NCBI GenBank assembly: GCA_038523235.1
Contig: JBCBJQ010000009.1
Location: 1-64,000 of the forward strand
Length of the DNA: 64,000 nt
Direction of reading: 5' to 3'
Source: Cyanobacteria bacterium J06626_4
GTDB lineage: Bacteria; Cyanobacteriota; Cyanobacteriia; Phormidesmidales; Phormidesmidaceae
Position numbers and translations under genes: made by a program. The notes under the pieces are model-generated. The model saw only the letters and a list, made by a program, of their open reading frames with translations, did not search any database and was not told the origin of the DNA. Of the stretch, positions 10,372-20,188 are shown piece after piece; within the stretch, counting starts at the first letter, position 1; the number at the start of each line of letters is the position of its first letter.

Positions 10372-11685
10372 CTATAGCGTTAAAGATTGAGGTTCATTTT
10401 CGATGAGAGATGCCAAATCCTTTAAGAACGCGGCGGCATCGGCGCCATAGATGATGCGGTGATCGCAGGTGATATTGACCTGCATTTGCGGCTTTACGCC
10501 CATCAGGCCATCCGGCGTCGCGACAACCGTCGGTTTAGCACCGCCGATCGCTAAAATCGACCCTTGCCCTGGCGGCAGAATCGCATCAAATTTATCGACC
10601 CCAAACATGCCTAGGTTAGACAGAGTAAAGGTGCCAGAAGAGTATTCGTCGGGCTGCAGCTGTTTGGTGCGCGATCGCGCCACCAAATCTTTCCACGTCC
10701 GGGATAGCGAATAGATATCTAGCTGATCCGCGCCCTGCAGCACCGGTGTAATCAGCCCGCCGCCTTCCATCGCCACGGCCACCGCAATATTAATGCTGCT
10801 GCTGTACTGAATGCCCTGTTCGCTATAACTGGCGTTGAGCAACGGATGCTTTTGCAAGGTCATCGCCACGGCCTTCGCGAGCAAGCCGGTCATGGTGACG
10901 CCCTTGGACTTGATCTGCTTGTAAAGCTGATCGAGGGCTGCTGTCGTCATGGTGTAGCCGACCCGAAAGGTGGGCACCGCCAGACTTGCAACCATTGTGC
11001 GAACGACCGCTTGCTGTAGCGTGTTAAAGGGCACTAGCTGACCAGGCGCGGCCGGGGCCGGGGTCGGGGCCGGCGTGGCTGGAGCTGGGGTCGGAGCCGG
11101 GGGAGCCACAGCAGTGACACGAGGAGCGCTAGGAGTCGCTTGGGGCGAAGGCGTTTTGCCTGCCGCCAGTTCAACATCTTGAGTCACGATGCGGCCATGG
11201 GGGCCGCTGCCCGCCACGGTCGCCAAATCAATCTTCAGTTCTTTCGCTAGCTTGCGAGCCCGCGGAGAAACGACAGTGCGACCGCTGCGACCCGTGCTGC
11301 CATTTTGAGTCGCCTCGGCGGCAGCTGCCGCCATGGGGGCCGGGGCGGGATCGCTCGGCGCAGGGGCTGGTGGGGGCGGGGCTACGCTACTGCCATTATC
11401 ACTGTTAACGCTAGCCGCCTGGGCTTTGGCGTCTGCAATTTCGGCTTCCGTTTCGGCCAGGAGGGCGATCGCATTACCGACGGGGGCCTCTTCTCCAGCT
11501 TCAACAACGATGGCTGCCAAATAGCCCTCATAGAACGATTCCACATCCATGTCCGCCTTGTCAGACTCAACGATGACAACGGTTTCGCCCTTTTCCACCT
11601 TGTCACCAGGAGCCTTTACCCAAGAGACAATCTTGCCTTCCGTCATGGTTGAACTTAGGGCGGGCATGAAAACTTCGCGAATCAT
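10372..11685 (-). CDS. pdhC: Pyruvate dehydrogenase E2, dihydrolipoamide acetyltransferase
   Basis: Lipoyl motif VESDKADM, E3-binding SPRARKLA, Pro/Ala linkers, catalytic DHRIIYG; start MIREVFMP at 11685. Confidence 0.96.
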   Translation of the reverse strand: MIREVFMPALSSTMTEGKIVSWVKAPGDKVEKGETVVIVESDKADMDVESFYEGYLAAIVVEAGEEAPVGNAIALLAETEAEIADAKAQAASVNSDNGSSVAPPPPAPAPSDPAPAPMAAAAAEATQNGSTGRSGRTVVSPRARKLAKELKIDLATVAGSGPHGRIVTQDVELAAGKTPSPQATPSAPRVTAVAPPAPTPAPATPAPTPAPAAPGQLVPFNTLQQAVVRTMVASLAVPTFRVGYTMTTAALDQLYKQIKSKGVTMTGLLAKAVAMTLQKHPLLNASYSEQGIQYSSSINIAVAVAMEGGGLITPVLQGADQLDIYSLSRTWKDLVARSRTKQLQPDEYSSGTFTLSNLGMFGVDKFDAILPPGQGSILAIGGAKPTVVATPDGLMGVKPQMQVNITCDHRIIYGADAAAFLKDLASLIENEPQSLTL

Positions 11686-11832
11686 GGAGAACTTGCTTCC
11701 AAAACGACAGCCAAAAACGCGTCGGACAATGCTATCCAACAGTTGTCAATTCTATCCTGTTGAGATCCCCTACAGTGGTTCCCGACTTGCAAAAATGTCG
11801 GGAACTCTCATAAAAACAGCCCGCGTGATGCT

Positions 11833-12498
11833 CTACTGCACCAGCAATTCCATCCGTTCGGCGATGACCGCATAAAATGGATCGCCGCTAGCCAAGCCCA
11901 GCATTTGCATGATCGTCGGTACGGTCGAAGGGCGAACGACCGCCTCCGGCGTTCCAAATCCGGGGACTGATTGAAAGTACTGTTTCACCAACTCTACGCG
12001 CTGCGCCTCGGAGCCATCTCGCCAAGCGGCGATCGCCTTTTGATAAAACATGCGGTTAGAGAAGCTGATAATGGCAATGCCGCCCGGTTTGAGGATGCGA
12101 TAAATCTCCGCAAATACGACCTCAGGATATTGCAAATATTGCACCGAGACAGTATTGAGCACAGCATCAAAGGTGTAATCGGCGAAGGGCAGCTGATCGG
12201 TTTCGTTCAGATTCTGCACAAAGTAGTGGTCAAGGCGGGGATTCTTGGCCAGTTCTTCGGCATTCATGCCGTGACCTTCCACTCGTTCAAAGGTCACTTC
12301 ACTGGGCAAGTGAGAAACCCAACTACTCATCATGTCAAAGATTTTCATCCCTGGCTGCAGCCGCTCACGATAGAGCTCGGTGAGCTGCTGAATGAATCCC
12401 TCATCGACATGGGTAACGAAGCGGGGCGCGTCATAAAACAGCGTGTCGCTGGTGGGGTCAAGTTTGGTGCGCTGGGGCGATTGCAGAAGGGCTTTCAT
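11833..12498 (-). CDS. Class I SAM-dependent methyltransferase
   Basis: FYDAPRFVTHVD, DMMSSWVSHLP, SVQYLQYP, RILKPGG, SFSNRMF. Confidence 0.88.
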   Translation of the reverse strand: MKALLQSPQRTKLDPTSDTLFYDAPRFVTHVDEGFIQQLTELYRERLQPGMKIFDMMSSWVSHLPSEVTFERVEGHGMNAEELAKNPRLDHYFVQNLNETDQLPFADYTFDAVLNTVSVQYLQYPEVVFAEIYRILKPGGIAIISFSNRMFYQKAIAAWRDGSEAQRVELVKQYFQSVPGFGTPEAVVRPSTVPTIMQMLGLASGDPFYAVIAERMELLVQ

Positions 12499-13129
12499 AG
12501 CAACTGGCAATGGGTGAACGGTAGGTTTCTTGATTTTCTCGAAATCAAAACATTTTTGCCATATTCGACATCACAAGGGAAACTAGCTAGGCAGAAATAG
12601 GCCTCATCCCCGTTGAAGCACCGAGGCGATGGATAAAGCAGCATGAGCATTTATTATTTAGCCCATTTGCACTGCTTGTCTTTAGGGGAGTCTTGGTAAT
12701 CCCAAAAGCTCGGAAATTGTGAGCGACCTCTGGATGTAAAATCCGAGGCGGCCAGGGTCAGCAGGGCAGGCCCAGCATCTCGGTGACAACCGACCTCCGG
12801 AACTGTCATCGTGAACTGTCAGAAATATCCGCAGCGGATCAACATAAGGGCCTAAGCTCATCAAAAAGATGCGTTTAGGGGCCGAGACAATCGCTAGTCT
12901 AGAGGCAATATTGGGCGCAAACCAGTCCCTATTTTGGCGGGTGATCGCCCTGCAGGCATCGGCATCTCACCACTTTTGGGCAACTTTAAAGGGAGCGAAA
13001 ACCCGATGACAGCGATCGCTGAGCGATAGCAGAAAATCGACACGTTGATCCCGACATTATCAATCTATTTGCCTTTAAAAGTCATAAAGTGAACGACCGG
13101 CGACGAGCGATCGTCCGTCGCTGGTCATT

Positions 13130-13203
13130 CACAAAAGGGAATCAAGGAAGGCGGTGATAGCCCGGACAAAAAGGGAACGAAAGGCCGACAAAAAAGGGAA
13201 CGA
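13130..13203. repeat. Three imperfect direct repeats ACAAAA(A)GGGAA(C/T) upstream of cyAbrB
   Basis: ACAAAAGGGAATCA (~13131), GACAAAAAGGGAACGA (13165), GACAAAAAAGGGAACGA (13187). Confidence 0.7.
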
Positions 13204-13523
13204 CAGCAGCGGGATACCCTGCAAACCGGAAAAGCGCGTAAGCCTAAACCGAAAAAGTTCATCAGACATTTTTAAACATCTCGAACATTTATAGTTTTTT
13301 AACTGAATCGCACAACTTCTAATACAATTAAGATACTCAGGCTATCAATAAATGCATATAATGCAACCTGTGGTCCATAGAGCATGAGAGTGAGTTCTAG
13401 GTTAGGTGCTTTAAAGACGTCTCCCTAGAACCGATTAGCAATTTCTTGCACTCAACAATTGGCAAGCATCCCTGCTTTTCTCTTATTCTTGGTAACAACT
13501 GTAACGGAGAGGTTCCCTGACTG

Positions 13524-13907
13524 ATGGCAAGTGCGAAAACAGAAGCATTAACAGGTAAGGCGTTATTGCAAAAAGTTAAAGATTTATCTCATCTCACAAA
13601 ACGTGAGAAGGCTCGGGAGTGCGGCTACTACACTACGACCAAAGATGGCCAGATCCGGGTAGATGTGACGGGTTTTTATGACGCGCTGTTAGAAGCTCGC
13701 GGCATTCAATTAGATCCAGAGAAAGGGAAGGATGGTAGAGGTCGCGAACCGACCTACCGAGTCAGTGTCCATAAAAATGGTCAGATTGTTATTGGCTCAA
13801 CCTATACCGATGAGATGGGTCTGAAGCCCGGAGATGAGTTTGAAATCAAGCTAGGCTACAAGCACATTCACCTGATTCAGCTAGATGGTGAAAGTGAAGA
13901 CGAGTAA
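13524..13907 (+). CDS. Cyanobacterial AbrB-like transcriptional regulator (cyAbrB)
   Basis: LTGKALLQKVK...ARECGY...GRGREPTYRVSVHKNGQIVIGSTYT...FEIKLGYKHIHL. Confidence 0.93.
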   Translation: MASAKTEALTGKALLQKVKDLSHLTKREKARECGYYTTTKDGQIRVDVTGFYDALLEARGIQLDPEKGKDGRGREPTYRVSVHKNGQIVIGSTYTDEMGLKPGDEFEIKLGYKHIHLIQLDGESEDE

Positions 13908-13945
13908 TGCTGAAAGCTGAGTAAATCTCAGTTTTGCGATCAAAT

Positions 13946-14001
13946 CGGTCAATGGTTGTCGTGACTCTAAACGATCACGATGATTATTGGCCGGTTTTTT
14001 T
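13946..14001 (+). terminator. Probable intrinsic terminator of cyAbrB
   Basis: Long G-U-rich stem CGGTCAATGGTTGTCGTGA / TCACGATGATTATTGGCCG followed by a run of T. Confidence 0.65.
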
Positions 14002-14254
14002 ACATCCATAGACGCTGTCAGTTATCAAGACCATCCCAATCGCCTTGAAACAATTGGGGTGGTCTTGATAAGTTCTCCCTTTCCTGCAGAGAAAAATTTT
14101 GCGGGGAAGGGGTTTTTATGGACTCTAGTTGTCGCGATCACCCGTCTTGGGCAGAATTTTCAACGCGATTAATCGCCTTTCTCTGGGCGCTAACTGCTTG
14201 ATACACTGCGAAGTATCTGACCGCTCCAGATCGCTCAAAAGGTACCACATTTGG

Positions 14255-15091
14255 ATGACTGAGCAAATTACCACACTGGCAACAGTATTGGGATTTTTCA
14301 CTATTTGGATTGGCGCTTGGCTATTGCTGGCGCTACCGCTATTAAAAAAGTTTCAGTGGCGTCCCTTTCGCGCGACCGCCCCCGAGCAAAAGCTGCTCTT
14401 ATTGATGCCGCTTTATTTACTCGCGCCAGCGGTAATTTGGGGCGCCAACCAGCTGTTAGATCAGCGCTGGCAAACTCAGGGCGTCAGTTTAGGACTCGCC
14501 AGTATGCGGCCCTTTATAATTGGCTGGGGCATTGCTGTAGCAGGCTTAGGTCTCCTCCTCTGGTTCAAAAAAAGTATTGGACTCGTCACTTGGGGGGCTA
14601 CACCGTCGCCAGACGAATCCACTGCGTCTTTCGGCCCCAAGCTGTTAGCCATCCTGGGTCTGCTAGTGTTGGGCATCTGGATCGGCGGCATCGAAGAGCT
14701 AGTCTTTCGGGGCTGGCTGCAAACCCAATTGGCGACAACCTTTGCCCCCTGGCTAGCAGCCACGTTAGGTAGTTTAGTATTTGCGGGTGCTCACCTCGTG
14801 TGGGATGGACGAGCCGGGTTGTGGCAGCAGCCGGGCTTGTTTTTGTTGGGCTGGGTGCTAGTAATTGCCCGCTGGGCGACTGGCGGCGACCTCGCCTTGG
14901 CCTGGGGACTCCATGCCGGGTGGGTCTGGGCCTTGGCTTGCCTGGGCGAATTTGTACAGCCTCAGCCCGTGGCCAAGCAGCCGATTTGGCTGACGGGCCG
15001 CCGCGCCCAGCCACTCACCGATATTTTAGATTTGGGCCTGATGGTGATCACTGCCGGATTCGTGTGGCAGTTGTTTCGGGCAATCGCCTAA
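14255..15091 (+). CDS. CPBP family intramembrane glutamic endopeptidase (CAAX protease/Abi)
   Basis: EELVFRG, FAGAH and WGLHAGW motifs, multiple transmembrane segments; start set to ATG 14255. Confidence 0.88.
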   Translation: MTEQITTLATVLGFFTIWIGAWLLLALPLLKKFQWRPFRATAPEQKLLLLMPLYLLAPAVIWGANQLLDQRWQTQGVSLGLASMRPFIIGWGIAVAGLGLLLWFKKSIGLVTWGATPSPDESTASFGPKLLAILGLLVLGIWIGGIEELVFRGWLQTQLATTFAPWLAATLGSLVFAGAHLVWDGRAGLWQQPGLFLLGWVLVIARWATGGDLALAWGLHAGWVWALACLGEFVQPQPVAKQPIWLTGRRAQPLTDILDLGLMVITAGFVWQLFRAIA

Positions 15092-16324
15092 CGCGACTGG
15101 ACTCAGACAGGCCAATGTGACTGGATTCAGCGGCATCCAGCGAGTGAGCGGCCCCACGGGAGCAGAGCGCGACAGGGCAATTTGCTGATAATAGCCCTGC
15201 CAGGTGGGCTGGCCCTGCAGCCACTGAGTCATCTCGGCCAGGTTTTCGAGGGTGGCGATCGCCGCGACGAGTCGGCCACCAGGCTGCAGCCGCGAGGCAC
15301 AGGCATTGAGAATCGCGGTCAACTGCTGGCCGCTGCCGCCGATAAAAATGCGGTGGGGCTCGGGCAGCTCACTCAGCGCCGCCGGAGCCGCGCCGTGCCG
15401 CGCCATCACGTTACTAACGTTGAATCGATGGCTATTTTGCTGAATTAAGTCATAGCCCATCGCCGTCTTTTCGATTGCCCACACGGCAGACTCGGGTACT
15501 AAACGTGCAATTTCGATACTGACGCTGCCCGTGCCGGCCCCAATATCCCAAATGACCTGATGGGGCTGCAGGGCCAGCTCGGCCAAAATTTGCACTCGCA
15601 CTTCACGCTTCGTCATCAAGCCAGGGCGATCGCGAAAGCTCAAAAACGCCTGATCGGGAATGCCCAAACGCGGTAGATCGACCGGTAGCGGCGCCGGTTC
15701 CAGCCGTTCCAAAATGACCACATTCAATGGCGAGACGATCACTTGCTGGGCCGCCGTTAAGGACAAACAGTGAACTTGCTCATCGGTGCCGCCAAGGTTT
15801 TCACAAATCCAGAGCTGATAGGCCGTGGGCAGATCGAGGGAGGCAATAAAGCAGGCGATCGCTGCCGGTGTACTGACGCCGTCAGTGAGCACGGCAATGG
15901 GGGTTTCACCTTTTTTCAACGGGAGTTCTAACGGTATTAGCGATCGCCCGTGGGCGCTCACCCAGGTGGCGGCTTGCCAGGGCAGTTTTACCCGACTAAA
16001 GGCTAGCTGCATCGAGCTGACGTGGGGATGAAACGTCAGCGCCGTCGCCGGTAGCGCCTGCAACAGCTGTCGGCCTAGCCCAAAAAAGAGGGGATCACCC
16101 GACGTCAGCACCACGACCAGCCCCGGCTTAGCCTGCGCCAAATGCCGCTGCAAGCGCTGGGTTAAGTTCGTTAACGACCAGCGCGCCGCCGGATGCTCAG
16201 CAAAATAAGCCAGATGGCGATCGCCCCCGGCTAACACCACCGCCTGCTCAATCAACGCCAGCGTTGCCGCCGGCAGGCTAGCCGCCCCCGCCAACCCAAT
16301 GCCCACCACTTGAATCGGCGTCAT
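15026..16324 (-). CDS. cbiET: Precorrin-6Y C5,15-methyltransferase (decarboxylating), CbiE-CbiT fusion
   Basis: VVGIG, SGDPLFFGLG, SAHGR, MTKREVR, WDIGAGTGSVSIE, IFIGGSG. Confidence 0.93.
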   Translation of the reverse strand: MTPIQVVGIGLAGAASLPAATLALIEQAVVLAGGDRHLAYFAEHPAARWSLTNLTQRLQRHLAQAKPGLVVVLTSGDPLFFGLGRQLLQALPATALTFHPHVSSMQLAFSRVKLPWQAATWVSAHGRSLIPLELPLKKGETPIAVLTDGVSTPAAIACFIASLDLPTAYQLWICENLGGTDEQVHCLSLTAAQQVIVSPLNVVILERLEPAPLPVDLPRLGIPDQAFLSFRDRPGLMTKREVRVQILAELALQPHQVIWDIGAGTGSVSIEIARLVPESAVWAIEKTAMGYDLIQQNSHRFNVSNVMARHGAAPAALSELPEPHRIFIGGSGQQLTAILNACASRLQPGGRLVAAIATLENLAEMTQWLQGQPTWQGYYQQIALSRSAPVGPLTRWMPLNPVTLACLSPVALGDCPKQLPHESGSDHHQAQI

Positions 16325-16935
16325 GACGCTTCCCAGGCCAGCACCAACAGCGCATTGAGGATGGCTGCCGCCACGGGCGAGCCACCCTTGCGCCCCGCCA
16401 CCCGAATCTGGGGCACCGGCAAGGCCGCCACCCGCTGCTTCGCTTCCACCACACCCACAAATCCCACCGGCACGGCAATAATCAGCGGCGGCTGGCGCTC
16501 AGCGGCAGCCATCTCATCACACAGGGACTGTAAGGCCGTCGGCGCATTGCCCACCACGTAGACGGCTTCGGGATATTGCCTCCAGGCGCGCACCATGCCG
16601 GTGGCCGTGCGTGTCATCCCTGGATCGGCAGTTGCAGCGAAATCTACTGCGGCGTGTAGCGGATTGCCAAACGTGCGCTGCACCATCCCCTGACAGCCCT
16701 GACGCACCATACCCACATCAACCACAATCGGTGTACCTGATCGCAGCGCGGCCTGGCCACGCGCGATCGCACTGGGAGAAATCGTCAATAACTCAGCAAA
16801 TTCAAAATCGGCAGTGCTGTGAATGATGCGGCGCAGAATGGCGTATTCGTCATGGGAAAAGGAATGTGGCCCCATCGCTTGGTCAATCAGGGCAAAGCTC
16901 TGGTGCAAAATGGGATGCTGAATCAGGGGAGGCAT
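16321..16935 (-). CDS. cobH: Precorrin-8X methylmutase
   Basis: RRIIHSTADF, TRTATG, VGNAPTAL, PVGFVGV, GRKGGSPVAAA; ATGA overlap with cbiET. Confidence 0.93.
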   Translation of the reverse strand: MPPLIQHPILHQSFALIDQAMGPHSFSHDEYAILRRIIHSTADFEFAELLTISPSAIARGQAALRSGTPIVVDVGMVRQGCQGMVQRTFGNPLHAAVDFAATADPGMTRTATGMVRAWRQYPEAVYVVGNAPTALQSLCDEMAAAERQPPLIIAVPVGFVGVVEAKQRVAALPVPQIRVAGRKGGSPVAAAILNALLVLAWEAS

Positions 16936-17003
16936 TACCACAGGTGAAGAAGGCCTTAGAATTCTAGAACGCCTCCGGCAATTTGAATGGGAACTCAACG
17001 CAG

Positions 17004-18014
17004 ATGGCGGTCTATTACTTTTGGGGTGAAGACGATTATCAAATGTCTCAGGCGATCGCCCAGTTGCGCGATCAGGCTTTAGATGCCGCTTGGGCCAGCT
17101 TTAACTACGACAAAATCACCCCAGACGTCGCCGAAGGTCCCATCATCGCCCTCAATCAGGCCATGACGCCCCCCTTTGGTACTGGTCAACGGTTTGTTTG
17201 GCTGGCCGATACGGCGATCGGTCAGCGCTGTAGCGAAGCGATTTTAGCGGAGTTTGCCCGCACGCTGCCCAAACTACCCGAGACCGTCATCTTACTCATG
17301 AGCAGTCGCCCCAAGCCCGATGGCCGCTCTAAATTTACTAAGCTGCTGCAAAAATACGGGGAGATTCGCGAGTTCGGCACCATTCCCCCGTGGAAGAGCG
17401 ATCAAATTGCCCGACACATTGAAACCATCGCCCGCGATCGTCAATTAACCCTAACCTCAGACGCGATTGAGCTGCTCGTATCAGCCGTCGGCAACCAAAC
17501 GCGGCAGCTGATGCTAGAGCTAGAGAAACTCTCCCTTTATTGGGGCGATCGCCCAGAGCCGATTGATGCGGAAACGGTGGCTCGCTTAGTCACGGTGAGC
17601 ACCCAAAGTAGCTTGAAATTAGCAGCAGCCCTGCGGGAAGGCAAGGTTGAAGAGGCGTTGGGACTGCTTGCCGATCTGCTGAATCGGAACGAACCGGCCC
17701 TCCGCATCGTCTCAACATTGGTGGGTCAATTTCGGACTTGGTTATGGGTCAAGGTCATGGTCGAGAGCGGTGAGCGCAATCCTCAAGCCGTGGCCAAAGC
17801 CGCTGAAATCAACAATCCTAAACGCATCTATTTTTTACAGAAGGAAGTGGCAGCGCTCTCGTTATCGAGCCTGCAGCAAGTGCTCGAACATCTACTAGAG
17901 CTGGAGTCTGGCCTTAAACTAGGTCGTGATCCGACAGCTCTCTTGCAGACCAAAGTGGTCGAAATTGCTCAAGCTTGTCACAATTCTCATCCAATCTACA
18001 CTCGTTCAGCGTAA
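17004..18014 (+). CDS. holA: DNA polymerase III subunit delta
   Basis: MAVYYFWGEDDY, TPPFGTGQR, ELEKLSLY, NEPALRIVSTL. Confidence 0.92.
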   Translation: MAVYYFWGEDDYQMSQAIAQLRDQALDAAWASFNYDKITPDVAEGPIIALNQAMTPPFGTGQRFVWLADTAIGQRCSEAILAEFARTLPKLPETVILLMSSRPKPDGRSKFTKLLQKYGEIREFGTIPPWKSDQIARHIETIARDRQLTLTSDAIELLVSAVGNQTRQLMLELEKLSLYWGDRPEPIDAETVARLVTVSTQSSLKLAAALREGKVEEALGLLADLLNRNEPALRIVSTLVGQFRTWLWVKVMVESGERNPQAVAKAAEINNPKRIYFLQKEVAALSLSSLQQVLEHLLELESGLKLGRDPTALLQTKVVEIAQACHNSHPIYTRSA

Positions 18015-18086
18015 ACTCCCGATTACAATTAAAAGCTGCACGAGTCACTATTGCTGGTAACTAGTTTCTTTGTGGGTCTCAGGTTT

Positions 18087-18599
18087 ATGAAAAACACGTT
18101 AATCAAACCTAAATTTTTATCGTTGCGCGGCACCTGCCGCTGGCTAGCAACCGGGGTCGTGGCCAGCTGGCTGGGCGTCGTTGGGCTGCCCGCCGTCCCC
18201 TCACTTTCAGGGCTGCCGTTCACAACCCAAGCAGCGATCGCGCAGTCTGATATTACCAATGCCGAAATTACTCAGTATGCGCAAGCCGTCTTGACGATTG
18301 ATGGATACCGGAATGCCGCTTACACCGAAATCAAAGATATTCTGTTGACGGTCGAAATGGACATCAACGACGTCAACGTCAGCTGCTCGAACACGCAAAA
18401 TATCTCAGAGGTACCGCGTTCGGTGCGCCGTGATGTTCGCGAAATTTTGACGGCCTATTGCAATCAGTCACAAAACGCGGTGGAAGCTAACGACCTGACG
18501 CCGCGACGCTTCAATGAAATTACGGATGCCCACGAAGCGGATGCCACTGTTTATGAACGAATTCAACAAGAACTGATTCGCCTACAGCAGAACCAATAG
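18087..18599 (+). CDS. DUF4168-like exported protein
   Basis: Signal-like N-terminus, EITQYAQAVL...YCNQS...LTPRRFNEIT; follows holA as commonly seen in cyanobacteria. Confidence 0.75.
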   Translation: MKNTLIKPKFLSLRGTCRWLATGVVASWLGVVGLPAVPSLSGLPFTTQAAIAQSDITNAEITQYAQAVLTIDGYRNAAYTEIKDILLTVEMDINDVNVSCSNTQNISEVPRSVRRDVREILTAYCNQSQNAVEANDLTPRRFNEITDAHEADATVYERIQQELIRLQQNQ

Positions 18600-18911
18600 G
18601 GCGGCTGGTAAGCGATGCTTAGCCGTCCCTGGTCACCGACAGCCATCTCATGGCATTTGAGTGCATCCCAATTTTGTACTTCCAGCTCTGAATCTTGGGC
18701 AAAATGCCCACCCTAAACACATGGATGGATTTGCAAATCTGGGATGCGCCCTGGCATTTACTTTGCCTAATCGATGTATCGCTTCAGGCAATTTCTGATC
18801 AGGGGCGGATTAGCACAACAGCAAGAGCGGATTTGGCGAGAAACCTCGGTTTCATCGCGCTCCGTCATCAGCCACCCGCATCGACAGGGATGGCTGATGC
18901 GAGAAATCGCC

Positions 18912-19103
18912 TCAAACAATACTGGCTTCAAGCCAGTCATAGATTTGGTCGAGCTGATGGGTGGTCACGAGACCATACTGCCAGAGGACGATCGGCAACA
19001 GGCTGGGAGACGCCGCCGACCGACGTAAACCCAACGCGATCGCGTCTGCAGGCAGAGACAATTCTTGGCGTAAAAATTCGACCAGCTGGCTTTGTTGACT
19101 CAT
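18912..19103 (-). CDS. DUF2949-like small protein
   Basis: FLRQELSLP...LPIVLWQYGLVTTHQLDQIYDWLE. Confidence 0.82.
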   Translation of the reverse strand: MSQQSQLVEFLRQELSLPADAIALGLRRSAASPSLLPIVLWQYGLVTTHQLDQIYDWLEASIV

Positions 19104-20188
19104 GGGAGGGTCTTGCCGTGAAAGATCATCATGACCGTTTGCAATAGCTTACCGACGAATTCTAAAAGTGGGTGATGTCCTTATTGAGATGCAACAGAAA
19201 GTTCATAGATTGATGAACTCATTCCACCCACTCACTCATGCCAAATCATCAAATTTGACGCGCGGTCACCCACGACAAACGTCTTGGGCTCAAGCTTACC
19301 CGACCACGGCGACATCAGGATCTGGTTGAAACTGCTGAACTCAAACGGTCTGGTCGGGGCAAGACCGTGTATTTTCGTAACAGCGGCGGCGATAGTGGGA
19401 TTTGTGGGGGGCGGTCTCCTCTTAATGAGCCCCGGCTTTGGCATCACGGCGGCGATAGCCGGGGCCGCATCAATGGGACTCAGAACTGGACACGGCTACC
19501 GTTTGACGAGTCCAGTTTCTTTGCTGGTATTGATAGCCTGGCAATTGCGGTAGGCGAGCCGGTCGCCTGCCCCTTCGACTTGGCAGTTATCGAGATCCCT
19601 AAGGAATTGTTCGAGGGGGACAGTGCGCCTTGCGGTCGGCTATGCACCAAGGGACATTATCTGCGCTGCTACCGCCTCCACAGCCCAAGCTCATAGGGCA
19701 TCGAGCGAGGCGGGGCGTGACTTGGCCCATTGGCTTCCTCGAAACCAGCAGCAGCAGTTCCGCGTCAGAGTCATTAGCGTTAAACATCGTCTCCAGGTAC
19801 ACCCGAAATAGTGCCTAACCGTTGGGAAGGTCATAGAGGTCACGTTGCCGTTGCCGCAAGGGAAAAATTTGAGTTCCATAGCCGGGCTCCAAGGAACTTT
19901 TAGTCGTATCACAAATCAATTCTGCTGAGCTTCAACTCAATTCTGACCATTTTTGTCATGGGTTACACTGTCACCAACGGTGTGTCAATGAGCATCCTAG
20001 TGCTCTGTCAAGTTTGTTCTGAAGAGGGGGATGAATTCCTGAAGACTTGGCAATTTGGGCTTTTTACGAGTTCTCTATCCCTAATTTCTAGGCTGACAGA
20101 CTATTAGGCACTATGCCTCAAAACACGATCTATGACCTAAAGTTCGTGACCTATCGAAACTCCTATCAATAATCCTGAGTCAACTATT

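Noticed and set aside
11050..11110. GC-rich repeats within pdhC
   Set aside because: They encode the normal Pro/Ala linkers of the E2 subunit
16936..17003. Cobalamin riboswitch upstream of cobH-cbiET
   Set aside because: Only 68 bp separate cobH from the divergent holA, and no B12-box is visible
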